DNA of 63,568 nucleotides, filler included, from Choristocarpus tenellus KU-1152 (lineage: Eukaryota; Protista; Phaeophyceae): NCBI GenBank assembly GCA_964200185.2. It is 13 parts of 13 records of this genome, joined end to end, with 100 filler letters (N's around TTAATTAATTAA, not from the genome) between each part and the next. Parts side by side here need not be neighbours in the genome. Positions count along the whole stretch, not along the records: positions 11,861 to 29,765 come from CAXNAD020000610.1; positions 29,866 to 32,406 come from CAXNAD020026923.1; positions 32,507 to 36,297 come from CAXNAD020017897.1; positions 36,398 to 39,032 come from CAXNAD020026085.1; 9 more parts are not named here. One strand, 5' to 3'. The translations under genes were made by a program, and so were the position numbers. This document shows positions 25,560 through 38,650 of this stretch, piece after piece (the stretch's first letter is position 1; each line of letters starts with the position of its first letter). The notes under the pieces were generated by a model. That model ran no database searches. It was not told the origin of the DNA and worked only from the letters and a program-made list of their open reading frames with translations.

Positions 25560-28500
25560 TCATTCGTCAAGTGAACACAACATAGCTGCTCCATGAAGAA
25601 TAAACTGCCGTGTCTGTAGATCGGTTGGGAACTCCACAGCAACCACAAAATTAGTGGATATTCCTGTAGTGGATAGCTTCCCCTGCCGGACTGAGGTCTT
25701 GTATGTTGGACAGATGTAGTGTGCTACCAGGCAGGCATCAAGGGAAATGAAGTGGATAAATAAGCTCACAGGAGACAGAGAGTTTGAATGGTGTGCTTGG
25801 GGGGGCTACTACAGAGAACAAATAATCCTTATAAGAGGCAATATAGTCAACACAAGATTGTTCTTTGTAGCTCAATGAAACTCACAAGGATCTGTGATGT
25901 GCTCTGTTTCCGGCAAGAAGTGAACAATTGGCGCAGGAGTCCGGGTTTGGGCTGGAAGAGGTTCCTGTAGGCATTTTGTCATTGGGTCCCATGAGGCACC
26001 TTCGATATACATACCATATACCAGTACCCCATCTTCAGGGTGTGCTGTTGCTTCCTAGTCAAGATTGAAGGAAGAGTACACGAACTTCATGTCAGTCAAG
26101 ATAGAGTGTAAGCTGCTTGAAAGCCAAGAGAGTCCAAGGTCAAAGCACTATCATAATACTACGAAGTGTTTGGTATGAGCTGCCTTAACTCCTGCCTTGT
26201 GGGCTCAAGCATGGTATGGAGTGATACGTATAACTGTGATGTACCTCTACACGCTTCAAGTCTGGGAAATCAAACTTGAAGTTGAGCAGGTTGATTGGAA
26301 CGGCATGCTTTCTGGCATGGTTCTGGAGCACTGCCGTGAGGAAGCCCTGTGGCACAAAACAACATGGGGTGGGAACGGAGAGATATGATGAGACACAGGA
26401 GGTATTACTATCTGTTTCTTTAAAGAAAGTTGTCTTTGTGTGTCGAAATCGTCCTCTGTGCTTTGGATGTCTTCCTCAACATGAAACCAGGAGCACTGAA
26501 GCATGAGAAACAGCTGAGGGTAATACCATAGCGGTTTTGCATCCCCATGAAACATCTGAGTAGTCAGTGTTGCGTACTTGGGGGAAGAAGAATGCAGGGA
26601 GTGAGTAGGCATATGGGTTCCCCCGCTCCAGCCACTGTGCAAAAAATCGAACCCTCCATCGAAGATCGAGAATCCATGATGCCAAGGGCTTGAGGCTTGC
26701 AAAGCCTAGGAGTTGCCATGCCTCTGGAACTTGGTTTATTAGAAAGTGACTGTACACCTGCAGAGGGAAGAGTATTCAATTCGAAATTGAACGGGTTGTG
26801 CTGGAAGTAGACACTTGATTAGGCTGAACGGTCTCTTGATAAACAGTATGGGAAATTTGTGCTTTCAGGAAGTGGTTTTAAAATTATGCTATTCAACTCG
26901 CCTCATCCAGTGCAGAGTCCATGACGATTTCTCCCTTTACTGCAGCTACCAGCTGCTCCAGGTTAGTCTTAACAAGCTGCTCTCGAGGCCAGTGTTCGTG
27001 TTGCAACGACACATCAGCCATGTTCAACATTCAACAGGGCAAAACATGACATCAACTTCAGCAATGATGCAAGAGAACAGAGATACCATTGCACATGAAG
27101 TGAAGATATTTTCAAGACTCTCTTGGGCTATCCTTCTAGTAGGAGAGTATTTTCGTGCTTGATTTGTTGCTGTCAACAGAAAACAACACAGGGTGGTCAA
27201 CAAGCAGTGGATTAAGGTTGTTTGAGAATGTGATGGATTACACACATTAATGACTCAGGATTGATGGCTAGAAACTCTAGCGCTTCAAAGTGAGTATATA
27301 TGTTTGCCCTCTGATATATTACAGGTATCAGCTACAACAACTAAGGTGCATGCTGGTGATGGATATTTGTAGAGACTATGTGCTTCATAACAAATGCCCT
27401 ACACCAATTGATATCCTCGGTGAACAGTCTCGTATAACATTCACAGCCCCCATTCACCCCTACATAATGCACACAACGCAAAAAACAATGCCTGCCAGTT
27501 GACATTCCACCACAAGTCCCAGCATTGATATTATTCTCATAGAATTCAAACTGGTGATTCAAACTGTATGAGTATGCCATCAACTTTCAAGCTGCAAGGC
27601 CGCACCTCAATGAGACCATTGCACTTGTCGAGTTCTTGAAAGAGCACATTGACAAGGCTGTCTGGATGTGAAGTACCTTGCTCGACGCTAGACCTTCTGC
27701 GTGATAAGTTGTTTATTGTTCCCTCCTGTGTCACGGCATATTGCAGGCTCACTTTTTATGACCGTTGACAGGGGTAAGTATAACCCTATAACCAAGAAAC
27801 AGATAAGGATCACATAGAAGACTAGATTTAATGGTTGTCTGTATGTATCAATCCTCACCCTACGGTGTTGAAGGATTCTTGGTATCCTAGAGGCCAACTC
27901 TTGAGTGACAGCCAGGACAACTTCGTCTGAACTCTGTCCTGCAGGCGTGTTGGCCTCCCTTGGTTGAAGAGCAAGAACAGCATCCAAAAGGCTGGTGCTC
28001 TCCTTGAGGCGTAGTGAAATATCTGCCTGAGGTATTCAGTATGTAGGAAGGATGAATGTGTCCAAATTGTGAGAAGGTCATAGAACTTGGAGAGAGTAAG
28101 AAAACTTTATGATTTTTTGTATGAAGAGATTACCAGGATGTAAGGATATCTTCCCCAAGTTGCAGAAAATCCAACCCTGTGTTGTCCTGAACATATAAAT
28201 GCGAAGTTGGAAAGAGATGTAGCTGTTGTTCTAGACCTTAAGTAACAGTATTCGGTTCTTAGTTCTATTCTTACGAAGAAGTCTACCTCTTGGGTCTTCA
28301 AGGAATCGCTCTTTGCCAACACTTGAAGAAAGTAGGAAATGAACAGGAGACAGAAAAAAATACTTGGAAGTTCAAAATAAGTTGCCTCTCTCTCACCGAG
28401 GCATGCATACCAAACATCTGGGGCCCATCCTCAGGTGGAATTTGCTTGATGTAATTTTGATAGCTTGCAGCACTACCATCTATTGGCGCTGCTGCAATCA

Positions 28501-29489
28501 TGGCAGAAGAAGCTGACATTCTTCTTGACATACGTTCCTTCGTCTTAGACTGTGTGTGGTTGTTGTTGAATCTCCATACTGGTCCAGCTTCACTTTCTGT
28601 TGCCATGTTGCCAACGCCAGGGGATATCTTGAGGAACACAACCCAGTCAGTTAATTGCAAGTCAGCAGGTATTCACACAAGTGGGTTGGTGATCTTGATG
28701 GGCCATAAAGTTACTACTCCAAACACAATGAAACAGGATCTGGAATCCTTTTCAGGTAGACTATCAGTGTAGAATCTCTCATCTCTACGGAAGTACTCTA
28801 CTGCAGGGTAAACAAAAATACACACCTGAATCCCATCTCCTATTAAACCGCGCACGTATTACAGTACACGAACCATAGTCTAGCCCACTCACTGTACCTT
28901 GTCTCCAAAGGTGCTGGCCCGGTAAAAGTGATCCAGGATTGCCAACAGGCAACGCCTGTCCCACTCATCAGTGACCCTTCCCCCGTAGGTGATGTTACCC
29001 GTAATATATACCAGACTGTCCACAGGAAGAAGATTGTCCAGGGTACTATTTGATGCATCAAGATTAAGGTTGTCGACAAACCTCCCGAGGAGTTTGATTG
29101 CCATACTAAGATCTGAATCAGCGAAGTCGTAGGTCACATTCCACCCCAGAGGACCAAACTTCACCCTGAGAGGAAGCATGCCACAAAGAGCGGTGAAGGT
29201 TGTGTGCAGGGTGGGGGATAGCAAATGGTGAGGCACTTTGGTGTTGCTGAGCACACATGTTGGTGCCTCCTGTTTCCATGTAGCAGTACAGTCTTGATGC
29301 TTGACAGAAAGGTGCTCAGCTTGTGCCGTCAATCTTTGTTCACATAACCAAGGCATGACGTTGAGGAATACCCTCCCCTCACCTCTCCTGTACAACGGCA
29401 TGGAAGAAACATAAACCAAAAAGGAGGCGCTTCCATTCCTTAGGCCGTTGCACCTCTTCTTGCTCTTCCTCTTTGAGGAGTCCTGACAT
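25560..29489 (-). CDS. Axonemal dynein heavy chain, C-terminal part (AAA6 lid plus C-terminal domain), single-headed inner-arm (DNAH6-like) type; 5' truncated by contig end
   Basis: Exons give WKRLLFGLCFFHAVVQER|VKFGPLGWN..ITYGGRVTDEWDRRCL, PQMFGMHAS|ADIS..LQPR, LFQELDKCNGLIE|LVKTNLEQL, SLKPLASWILDL..FFFPQ|GFLTAVLQNHARK, PEDGVLVYGMYIEGASWD, CPTYKTSVRQGKLSTTGISTNFV..GAAMLCSLDE*. Confidence 0.93.
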
Positions 29490-29924
29490 CTGTTTATGTT
29501 GTGAAGGTTAGTCAATGAGGAATGGGGTGGCCTGTTCAGGATTAGCAGGGAGGACTGTTCTTGATTAGTCCTGTGTGTTCACTCCCTTTCTTTCTCCTCA
29601 CTGAGAGCTGTCAAAAATAGCTCAAAATCACTACCTGGTGGCAAGAAACAAATCATCACAGTCCTTAGGATATAGTGAAAAATTGTGGAAAGAGGGCCCC
29701 CTCCGCCTCAAAGTATCTGGGGGGGGTGGCGGCTGTCCATTTGGGGTAAAAATTTTTCATGTCGCNNNNNNNNNNNNNNNNNNNNNNNNNNNNNNNNNNN
29801 NNNNNNNNNTTAATTAATTAANNNNNNNNNNNNNNNNNNNNNNNNNNNNNNNNNNNNNNNNNNNNAAGATGAAATAATTGGCCCCAAATGGACAGCCACC
29901 ACCCCCTCCCAGATACTTTGAGCC

Positions 29925-30900
29925 ATGTTGTTCCCCCCCAGGTTACCCAGTCTCGGGCAATGATTTCTACAAGGTCTTCTGAGGGGATACCTGTAGAAAG
30001 GAGGGTGTGAATGGACGATCCCAAAGCCTGTACTGTGGGGCTTACGCAAACAGCTTGTGAGAAGGACTTGCCATGAGGCCCTTGCTGCCTTGCTGGGAGG
30101 GTCGGTAGAGTGGCCACCAGTGATCCTATGAAAGCCGCATGTTCGTGGTGTTTCATAGAGGAGAGGGCCAAGCCCCCCGTACTTGTGGGCATCTGTGCCT
30201 GTACTTGTTGGTGGGTGTCTAGGCAGAGAGACCCATTGTTACACCCTACCCCCAAAAAATACATCGCCTCTGTAGAGTCTGCTACCTCCATTATCTTCTC
30301 TAGTGTCCACAATGAGGTGCTGTTTGCTTGCTCCATGGTGGAGCATGCCAGGAGGGGGGGAGTGACCCTGGCAAGATAGCCTAGGCGAGAGGAGAGGAAC
30401 CAGGAGTTGAGGAGCCAGGCCACCTGTTTGTCCTCCATCTTGCTGAGGTGTGTGACCAAAGTTCATGTCCCAGAGCTCTCGGTCACCTCAGCCATATGGA
30501 CTTGGATAAAGCCATCTGTTCCCACTGGAGCCCCCAATGTGACAAAGCCATTGGGGTTCTGGGTCAGGTTGATTCCCGTTATAGAAAAGAAGCTTCAGTT
30601 CTGAGGGCATGGGTTGGTGGCCCTGGGGAGGTGTGCAAAGGTCTTGTCCATATTCAAGTCAATGCCTACCTCATGGAGGTCAGTTTCTAACTGCTCGAAA
30701 GCAGCTATGGCGTTAGGGCCGATCTCCCTTGCAGATATGGACGTGTCATCCAGATAGCTTCTGGAGGAAATCCCCTGGGGTCCAAAAGCAGATTGGACCT
30801 GCTGTAGTGCTTTATGTGTTGCCACGCAATATAAGAGGGGACCAAGGAGGTCCCCTGTTGTGCCCCTGATCTTGACGGTGTTATACTTGTATTATGTTTG
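29925..30900 (-). mobile_element. Degenerate non-LTR retrotransposon RT region (CRE/SLACS-like), frameshifted
   Basis: GAQQG (QQGDPL-like) and SYLDD motifs, then LGAPVG and Q.QMP...GGLALSS..HAAFIGS, in different frames. Confidence 0.7.
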
Positions 30901-31124
30901 CTGGTACAAGCATATAACATAGTTTCATGAACCTTTAACTCTAGTTCAGTACAATACAAACTAGTAACACAAGTAACGGTATGAAGGGTCAGTCTTTGGC
31001 TATACGTGAGAGATACTGGATGGTTAAGGCAAAGGCCCAGCGGATAATTAATAACAACTGTATGTTAACCGTGCAACGCACCAGCAGATTCTAACGACGA
31101 ACCTCTCCTGTGCGAAGCTATTCA

Positions 31125-31750
31125 ACATCACCCTGTCAAATGTTACACCCCTCCCAATCTATATCACAGCTAAGTCTTGTTCATAGGGTTTATGACATGG
31201 GTCCTTTCTGCGCGAGAACTGAGCTTGCAAAGGTTATGTTAGATTTAATTCCGAACGGAGGATGTATCCATTTGTAGTTGTAATTTAATCCAATATCATA
31301 AAATAATCCTGAAAATGTGATCTTTCTATATTGTTCTTCCATATTTTTCTTCCACATTTATATCTCTTGATACATCATATTGTTGTGGGAGAACGATCAG
31401 TGAAGAATATTTCTGTTCATAGTTCAACTTTTTTCTGATGATTCTCCACAGTTATGACAGTCCACCATGTCAAACTTTGCACCCCTCCCAATCCATATGA
31501 TAGCTAAGCCTCGTTCATACTGTTAATGTCATGGGTCGTTTCCAGGTGAGAACTGAGCTTGTAAAGGTTGTGTTAGATTTAATTCCAAGCGGAGGAAGTA
31601 TCCATTTGTAGTTGTAATTTAGTTCAGTACCATGATATAATCCTGAAAAGATGATCTTTCCCTATTGTTCTTCCATATTTTTCTTCCGTATTTATATCTC
31701 TTGATACATCATATTTGCTGTGGGAGAAGGACCAGTGAATAATATTTTTA
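31125..31750. repeat. Diverged tandem duplication, period ~337 bp
   Basis: CACCCCTCCCAATC...GAGAACTGAGCTTG...TATCTCTTGATACATCATAT occurs twice. Confidence 0.85.
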
Positions 31751-31968
31751 TTAAAATTTAGAGCCACTGCGTCTGTGTGTGTGTGAGAGAGAGAATACAC
31801 AACATAGGCATTCTAAAGGATGTGAAATTGGTTATGATCAACTTGTTGCCTATTAAGTCTTTGATGGTATACATGGTTCTACACTTCATTAACCCGTCCA
31901 GTCCCATTCCTGACTTCCTACCAACTGTGTTGGCAACACAAAATCTGAGTAGTCAATTAATTTCTTGC

Positions 31969-32106
31969 CTTCAGCCTTTCTGTGAGCTCAGCCTTTTCCT
32001 GCTCTGCCTTTGCCTCCATCTCCCGAACCAAACCTCGGAAATGAGATTCCTCCTGTTCTTTGACCGCAGCTACTTCTACTGCCAGTCTCTTGGCCAAGTC
32101 ACTAAC
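31969..32106 (-). CDS. Coiled-coil protein exon (unknown gene), GC donor
   Basis: cag|VSDLAKRLAVEVAAVKEQEESHFRGLVREMEAKAEQEKAELTERLK|gcaag; 138 nt, heptad-like composition. Confidence 0.5.
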
Positions 32107-33732
32107 CTGATGGAAATTGGGTTGGATGACGGCAAAGAGTTGGAAAGGACAAAAGAAAAAGTCGTTACTTCGTCAAGAGCTGTTGAGAAAGTAGATGTGA
32201 ACAGGGCCATCGAGTGCTATGGACCGCCGATTTTCCAGAAGAATTGGAGATTGCCGGGGACTTCTTCGAAGCATTTATCGAGTTTTCTGTAGGTTAGTAT
32301 GATGACGATATGAGGTATACTGCTGGTGGTATGAGTCAAGATATCGTATTTGCAGTCGGTTTCTGCCAGGGACCCAAAGTATCTGGGGGGTGGGGGGGGT
32401 CTACACNNNNNNNNNNNNNNNNNNNNNNNNNNNNNNNNNNNNNNNNNNNNTTAATTAATTAANNNNNNNNNNNNNNNNNNNNNNNNNNNNNNNNNNNNNN
32501 NNNNNNGGTCAAAATACAATGTGATTTTGATGTAATTTTGGCTATCGTGTACCCTCTAAGATAGTTTCACTCTTTAAGAATACAAATGTCCAACAATTTC
32601 AGATTTTGTATCTCAAAAAATTGGAGGGTGCCATTTTTTTTTTCCTCTTGGTTTCGGAACATTGGAAATAATTAATTATCATCAATTAAGTATGTCCTAC
32701 TACCACCTTCAGCATGGATTCCCATTCAAAAAGGGGCCCTTAAAAAGTGCCGCAAACATTTACAAAAAAAAACATATCGACACTTTTTCCGCACCATTAT
32801 CGGTCAAAGCCATCTTTAATAGTACACTCCATCCTCAATTATTAAAATCCACTGTTCAGTGCCTGCAACGTAATGATGAACAACAAGCTCTGCATTCACA
32901 CCCATTCAATCCCTTCGTCCAGGTAACTCCTTTGGGGATACATGTCTTTAGCCAACCACTACGAGCAGGGGGGACAAAATGAGACAGAGTGAGATGTTGA
33001 AGACCAGAAATGGTGGCCTTCTTGGTTTCGGGACTCACATCGCAGATGATCCGTAGGCTAAGCGAGAGTCCTACGGCTCTTGGCGAGGTGTTGAGATGTT
33101 GTGCGAGAATGGGGGGGCATTGTAGCCATCGCCGAGTGCAGCGCAGGCACTGAAATAAAACCGAACAAGGACCGTTATTTCGATTCCATTTCTCGGAACA
33201 GATTCAGAACTATTTCGGAACAAAATTCGAATACAAAAAATCCCCCCAAACAATTGTATCGGGATCTTCAAGTTGATCCATATGTTCCTGAAGAAACGCC
33301 CAAACCAAAACGTGAAAATTCTTAACTTCGCAGACTTATGGGGCAAAACGGAGTAGGATAATTGCGTGGTTTGGGAGCATGCTCTTCAAATTGATTAGTT
33401 AAGACACAAGCAGAAAACATTGTGCGCTACATGTAACCCTTGCCCAATTGCAGACCTGAAGCGATTCTAAGTCCAGAGCAAGGACAAGTTCAGTATCCAC
33501 GGAATATTCTTTACTAATAACTGGGGATACGCATCAGATCAGACAATGTCCAGTGCAATTTTCCATCCACTGGTCACTGTCATCAAAGAGGAGCAGCGTC
33601 AGTTAAGACTCTGTCAGAGAAGGCAAAATTTGTATTTTGAGCTCCCCTGTGCGCAACTTTTACCACCTGCAGTAGTGAGACAGTCAGGACTGTCAAAATC
33701 CTTGGCACATTGCCATTGGGTCGATCTACTTA

Positions 33733-35197
33733 CCATAATGAACTTGTACTCTTACCACCAATGAACTCTTGGCGATCACAAATACTCGAAGACAATCTGA
33801 TGGCCCACGAACACACACAGCATTGAGATAACTGCAGAGAAGGGAGTACGTGATCGCCAAGGTCCCTGCCAATAGCCTCTTAAGGCAACGCTTGTGCACA
33901 GCAACAGCCAAACTAGTGCACTGACATGCGCACAGATTATGCTACTATCACAATTTACCCTTGGCATTGGGATGAAGAGCTTTCAAATTGTCGATCCCTC
34001 ACCCACCCTCCCTGTTAGGAACACCAAGGAGGCAGGTGGTCCAAAGCTCCATTTTATATAGTATGTCTTACACAGGCGAAGAAGGTACTACCCCGTACCT
34101 AGAATCCAATGTAAGCATGTGACAACACAAAGCAATCTCGATGCTGTGATCACTTTGGCTACTCTTCCATGCGAGTTGAGGATGTAAAAAAGCAATTCTT
34201 CACACACGCACAGACAGACAGACACACTACAAACATAACAAAATCACCATTCACTCAAAATGACGCAGAATCGTGAACAAAAACCTTCGCGGGTACTCCA
34301 CAGGGTAATGTAGTAATAAACCTGCATTGCCCCACGCACACATACTATCTACCTCAACACTTCCATCAGTGTAAAGTCTCAAAATTAGGTCACTAAACCC
34401 AGTCGAGTCAGCTCTTTCTTCATGGTGGGAACACATACACGAAAATGAACATAAATGCACACAACACTACCTGCAATGAAGTGGTTACAAATCCTACGGG
34501 CCTGGCCTATGCTGTCATCATGAGACTGTTCGCTCCAGTGCTGCCTAGGAATATATCGAAAACTGCATGCAGCATGCATCACAATAACGGAGTACCCCCC
34601 TTCCTAAAGCCTTGAAATAAGTATATCCACACTCTTTTAAGAAATTTCTAAGTTGGATGAATGGGGCTGTCCATGTACCAGGTGACACAACAAGACTCCT
34701 CTACCACAACCTTCACATGCTGCACAGTAGTACGACCGATTGCATCTGTGCTTAGACATCACACATATGGTGATAAATGGAATCAGTTACCAGACCACGA
34801 AATGTCCCTCCATTTCCCACCCCACACTTCTCCATTACTATAATCTCCTCCTTTTTTTGTGAACAAATTGCATTACGATATACTACTACAGCATCAGGGC
34901 TTGAACCTCTTAGTCTCCATCCACTTCAAGAGAAGGGTTGCACCAGTATCCCAATCCGGTCCTAGCATGACCTGTTCAAAGAGTTTCGGGTACAGATGTG
35001 GATATCGTTAGAACATACACCTTAGCCCAGGGGATGACAGCACGATGGATCTGCCTGAGGTGGGGGGGAATTGATTGATACGACCAAAAGGAGTCAGCAA
35101 AGAAGGGAAAAATACTATACTGTAGGGTGGCCTACTACATTGCAGGAGGAAGAGTAATTAACGTGGTGAAGATGAAGTTATTGTTTGGCAATACTCC
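33733..35197 (-). pseudogene. Possible multi-exon membrane-protein gene or pseudogene with in-frame stops
   Basis: Phase-consistent GT-AG blocks give ..PPAM**ATLQ|QIHRAVIPWAK|VMLGPDWDT..K|SFRYIPRQHW..NHFIA|VWLLLC..FEYL*SPRVHWW*EYKFIM; no recognisable family. Confidence 0.35.
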
Positions 35198-36479
35198 TAC
35201 ACATCAAAGAAAGGCACAAATAGGTTGAGGTGAGGCACTCAAAAAGAGTACCACCTCCCTACAATCCTCATCCCAGAGGAATTGCAAATATTCTAGTAGT
35301 AGCATTTGAAAGTGAAACGTACAAAAGTGAAGAGGCATCTTTCCGCTGCAGCAAATAGTTCAGCTCATTTCCAATTTCCCCCTCCCAATAAAACAAATAA
35401 ATATTAATAGGGCATAAAATAGGGTCCTTACTTCAAGGTGAGTGCGAACCAATCCGGAATTTCTGGTTTCTGCCGACTGAGAAATCGCAAGTCAGGAGAT
35501 CAGTACGATGTTACGTAATTAATCAGTATGATGAAAGCGATCTGATTGACACTTCAACTGAAAATCTACAAATAACACTGGCAGAAAGGATATCCATTTT
35601 CATGTGAACACCTTACCACATGATCCCAACAACTAACCACAAAAAAAAAAAAAAATTGGCACACGTCGACAGTTACATCAACAGTTACACCATGTGTTGT
35701 ACATTCGAACAACAGGTGGAAACAATCCGAGAGGGACGCAAAAAATAAAACACACACCTAACATTGTTTCACGCGCTCACACAACCGGCTCCATGGCACT
35801 ACTCACAGAGTGCTGGGGCAAAGATAAAAAAGATCGGACTGTTACATCCAAAAACGCCCTTGTCAAGATTCCTTGCTAACAGACCGGAATAGTACTGTGC
35901 AGAGTGAAAGGAGGCCACACAGGTGCAACTGCGCCCCCAACACCTGGACTAAGAACAAGAAAGGAAATCCTGAACAGAATGAGATCCGCAAAAAGCGACA
36001 GCAGTCGATACAGCATACCTCAAAGTACCTGAACAACAACAGCACCAGCAGCTACACCAGCACCATCAAATCTATATGGCAGAACAAAAATTTTGCCTTG
36101 ACAAAGTACATTCCTGATTTTTTATTCTCTCGAAAACACAGTGCCCTCGAGTGCTCAGAGGCTGGGGCTATCACAGCCCCTTTAGAAGGGGACATAGATT
36201 GTGCAAAAAAAATTCCGGGGCGCAGCTCCACTGCAGGGCATTTGTGTCCCCTCCCAAAAAAACAATAACAAAAAAAATCCTTTTACAGAGTCTAAACNNN
36301 NNNNNNNNNNNNNNNNNNNNNNNNNNNNNNNNNNNNNNNNNTTAATTAATTAANNNNNNNNNNNNNNNNNNNNNNNNNNNNNNNNNNNNNNNNNNNNCCC
36401 TGTCCTCCCAGCACCACCCACCCCCACTCCTGCCACACTCCCCCCTCCCACTGCGCATGCCATACCACCACCCACACCT

Positions 36480-38605
36480 TCCTCAGCATTTTCCACCCTC
36501 CTCCTCAGGCACCACCGCCTAGCCCATCTCAATGACCGCGACCTGCACCGCCTTAAATCGCAACACCTTGCCGACCTTACCTTTCCGACAACAGAACACC
36601 TCCCTCCATGCTCCTCCCGTGCCATGAACAAGTTCACCCATCAACCCCATTCCAAAATTTCCACCACACCCCGGCAACCCCTAGAGGTTGTTACGCCGAC
36701 GTCACTGGGCCAGTGTCACCACCGTCCTTCTCAGGGAGCCGCTACGCTGTCATCTGCACAGACTCTGCTACCCGCATGCGCCACGTCTACTTCATTCACT
36801 CCAAGTCCGGCGTGTTCAACACCGTTCGGTGCTACCGCACTGACGTTACTGCCAACACTGGGTGCCACATCAAGACTCTCCGCTCGGACAACGGTGGCGA
36901 GTATACAGGACGCAACATCTCCACCTACTGCACCCACCACACCATCCTCCAAGAGTTCACCAATCCCTTCACCCCCCAAGATAATGGCCTGGCTGAACGA
37001 CAGTGGTGCACCATCTTCCCCAAAGCCCGCTCCATCCTCAACAGCATGGATCTACCCAAGCAACTTTGGACTGAAGCTGTTGCCACGGCCACCCACCTCA
37101 CCAACCTGTCACCCACTGCCTCGCTCAACTACGATACCCCCTACCACGCCTGGCACACCACCCAACCTGACCTGTCCACCCTTCGTGTCTTCGGTGCTTA
37201 GGCCTATGTACATCATGACCGCTCCCACGGAGGTGAAATGGCACCTACAGCATGGACAGGGCGCATGGTTGGTTACTGCACACACAGCACTGGGTACCGT
37301 ATCTGGAAACCACACACTAACAAACTATTCAACACTCGACATGTCACTTTTGTTGAAAAAATTCAATCCACAATGCCACTGCCCCATTCAGATCCAGATC
37401 AACACCACCAGTACCCCGCCCCCCACCCCCTTATCACATGACCCCACTGACATTACAACCACAACCCCAGACCAACCATGAATACACCCCACCTCTGCAA
37501 CCCCACCTTCTGTCCCACTGACTCCCCCAGACACCATCACCACCCCGCCCCCAACCTCATTACCACAGCCTACTACCACTTCATAATCTCGTGAACTTTA
37601 TCGCCTCAGCTCATTTAACAACCCCGGCCTCGATGAGGAGGCCTCCCTTGCTACTACCACTCTATTTTACTGCCCGGACATCCTTTCTGGGGCCTCCTCT
37701 GCCACCACATCTATATCTAACACCCTCCAATCTTCTTTTGTTCACTCTGTACTCCTACACCACACTCCATCTAGCCCCATTATCCCTGACCTGCCACGTT
37801 CTTTCAAAGAGGCCATGCGACACCCTGACTGGGAACAAGCCTAGAGTATGGATCACTGCTTCGTAACAAGACCTGGATTGTGGTGGATGAAGCAAGCCTC
37901 CTCCCCACAGACAACATCATCTCAACTGGGTGGCTGTTCAAGACTAAGCGCCAGTCTGATGGAACCATCCTCAAGCGCAAGGCCCGCCTGGTTGCAGGGG
38001 GGTACACCCAGATCCCAGGCTACATCTTCTTGCTGAATGGAGACTCTGTCACCTAGTCGAGCAAGAAGCAGTCAGTAGTCTCCCTGTCCAGCACAGAGAG
38101 TGAAAGCCACGCCCTCAGCTTTGCAGCTCAAGAAGTCCACCACCTTTGTAGTCTACTCTCCCCCCTCGGCTTCAATGCCAAGACTCCACTCATTCTCTAT
38201 GACGACAACCAAGGTACCATACATCTGGCGAACAACCTGGCATACAGCCCACGCACCAATCACGTCGGGGTTCGCCTTGCCTTCATTCGGGAAACGGTGA
38301 CTTCTGGCATCGTTTGTGTTGTCCACATCTGCACCAAGGAACAACTTGCAGACACTCTGACCAAGAACCTTCAACGTGTTCGATTTGAATACCTTCGTTC
38401 AAGACTCCTCACCACCGCCAAGGACGTTGATTGTTGGACTTTTGGTTTTTTCCTTGGCTCTTCATTCCGCTTTTTTTTTGTCTTCACTAGTGTGTACCTT
38501 CTCCTTTCACTTACTTCTCTGATTTTTTTTTTGTGTCCTCTTTTGTTCGTAGCCCGTACGTCACACTCCATCAATAGTGTTCCACTTCTTTCAGTCGGGG
38601 GAAGG
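36480..38605 (+). mobile_element. Degenerate Ty1/copia internal region: GAG-pre-integrase, integrase, truncated RT, RNase H, PPT
   Basis: HHRLAHLN; DVTGP..LRSDNGGEY..TPQDNGLAER; WLFKTK..KARLVAGGYTQ; SSKKQSVVSLSSTESE; TKEQLADTLTK; purine tract GGGGGAAGG before TG at 38606. Confidence 0.92.
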
Positions 38606-38650
38606 TGTTAAAACATAGGCTACTCATTTGTTTCTTGTTGATATAATACA
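38606..38650 (+). mobile_element. 5' end of the copia 3' LTR (far boundary not determined)
   Basis: TGTTAAAACATAGGCTACTCATTTG directly after the PPT; near-identical sequence at 49892. Confidence 0.7.

Noticed and set aside
12224-29489. Genome-wide stop-codon reassignment
   Set aside because: TGA terminates both the CD36-like gene and dynein at expected C-termini, and about 45 other exons have no internal stops.
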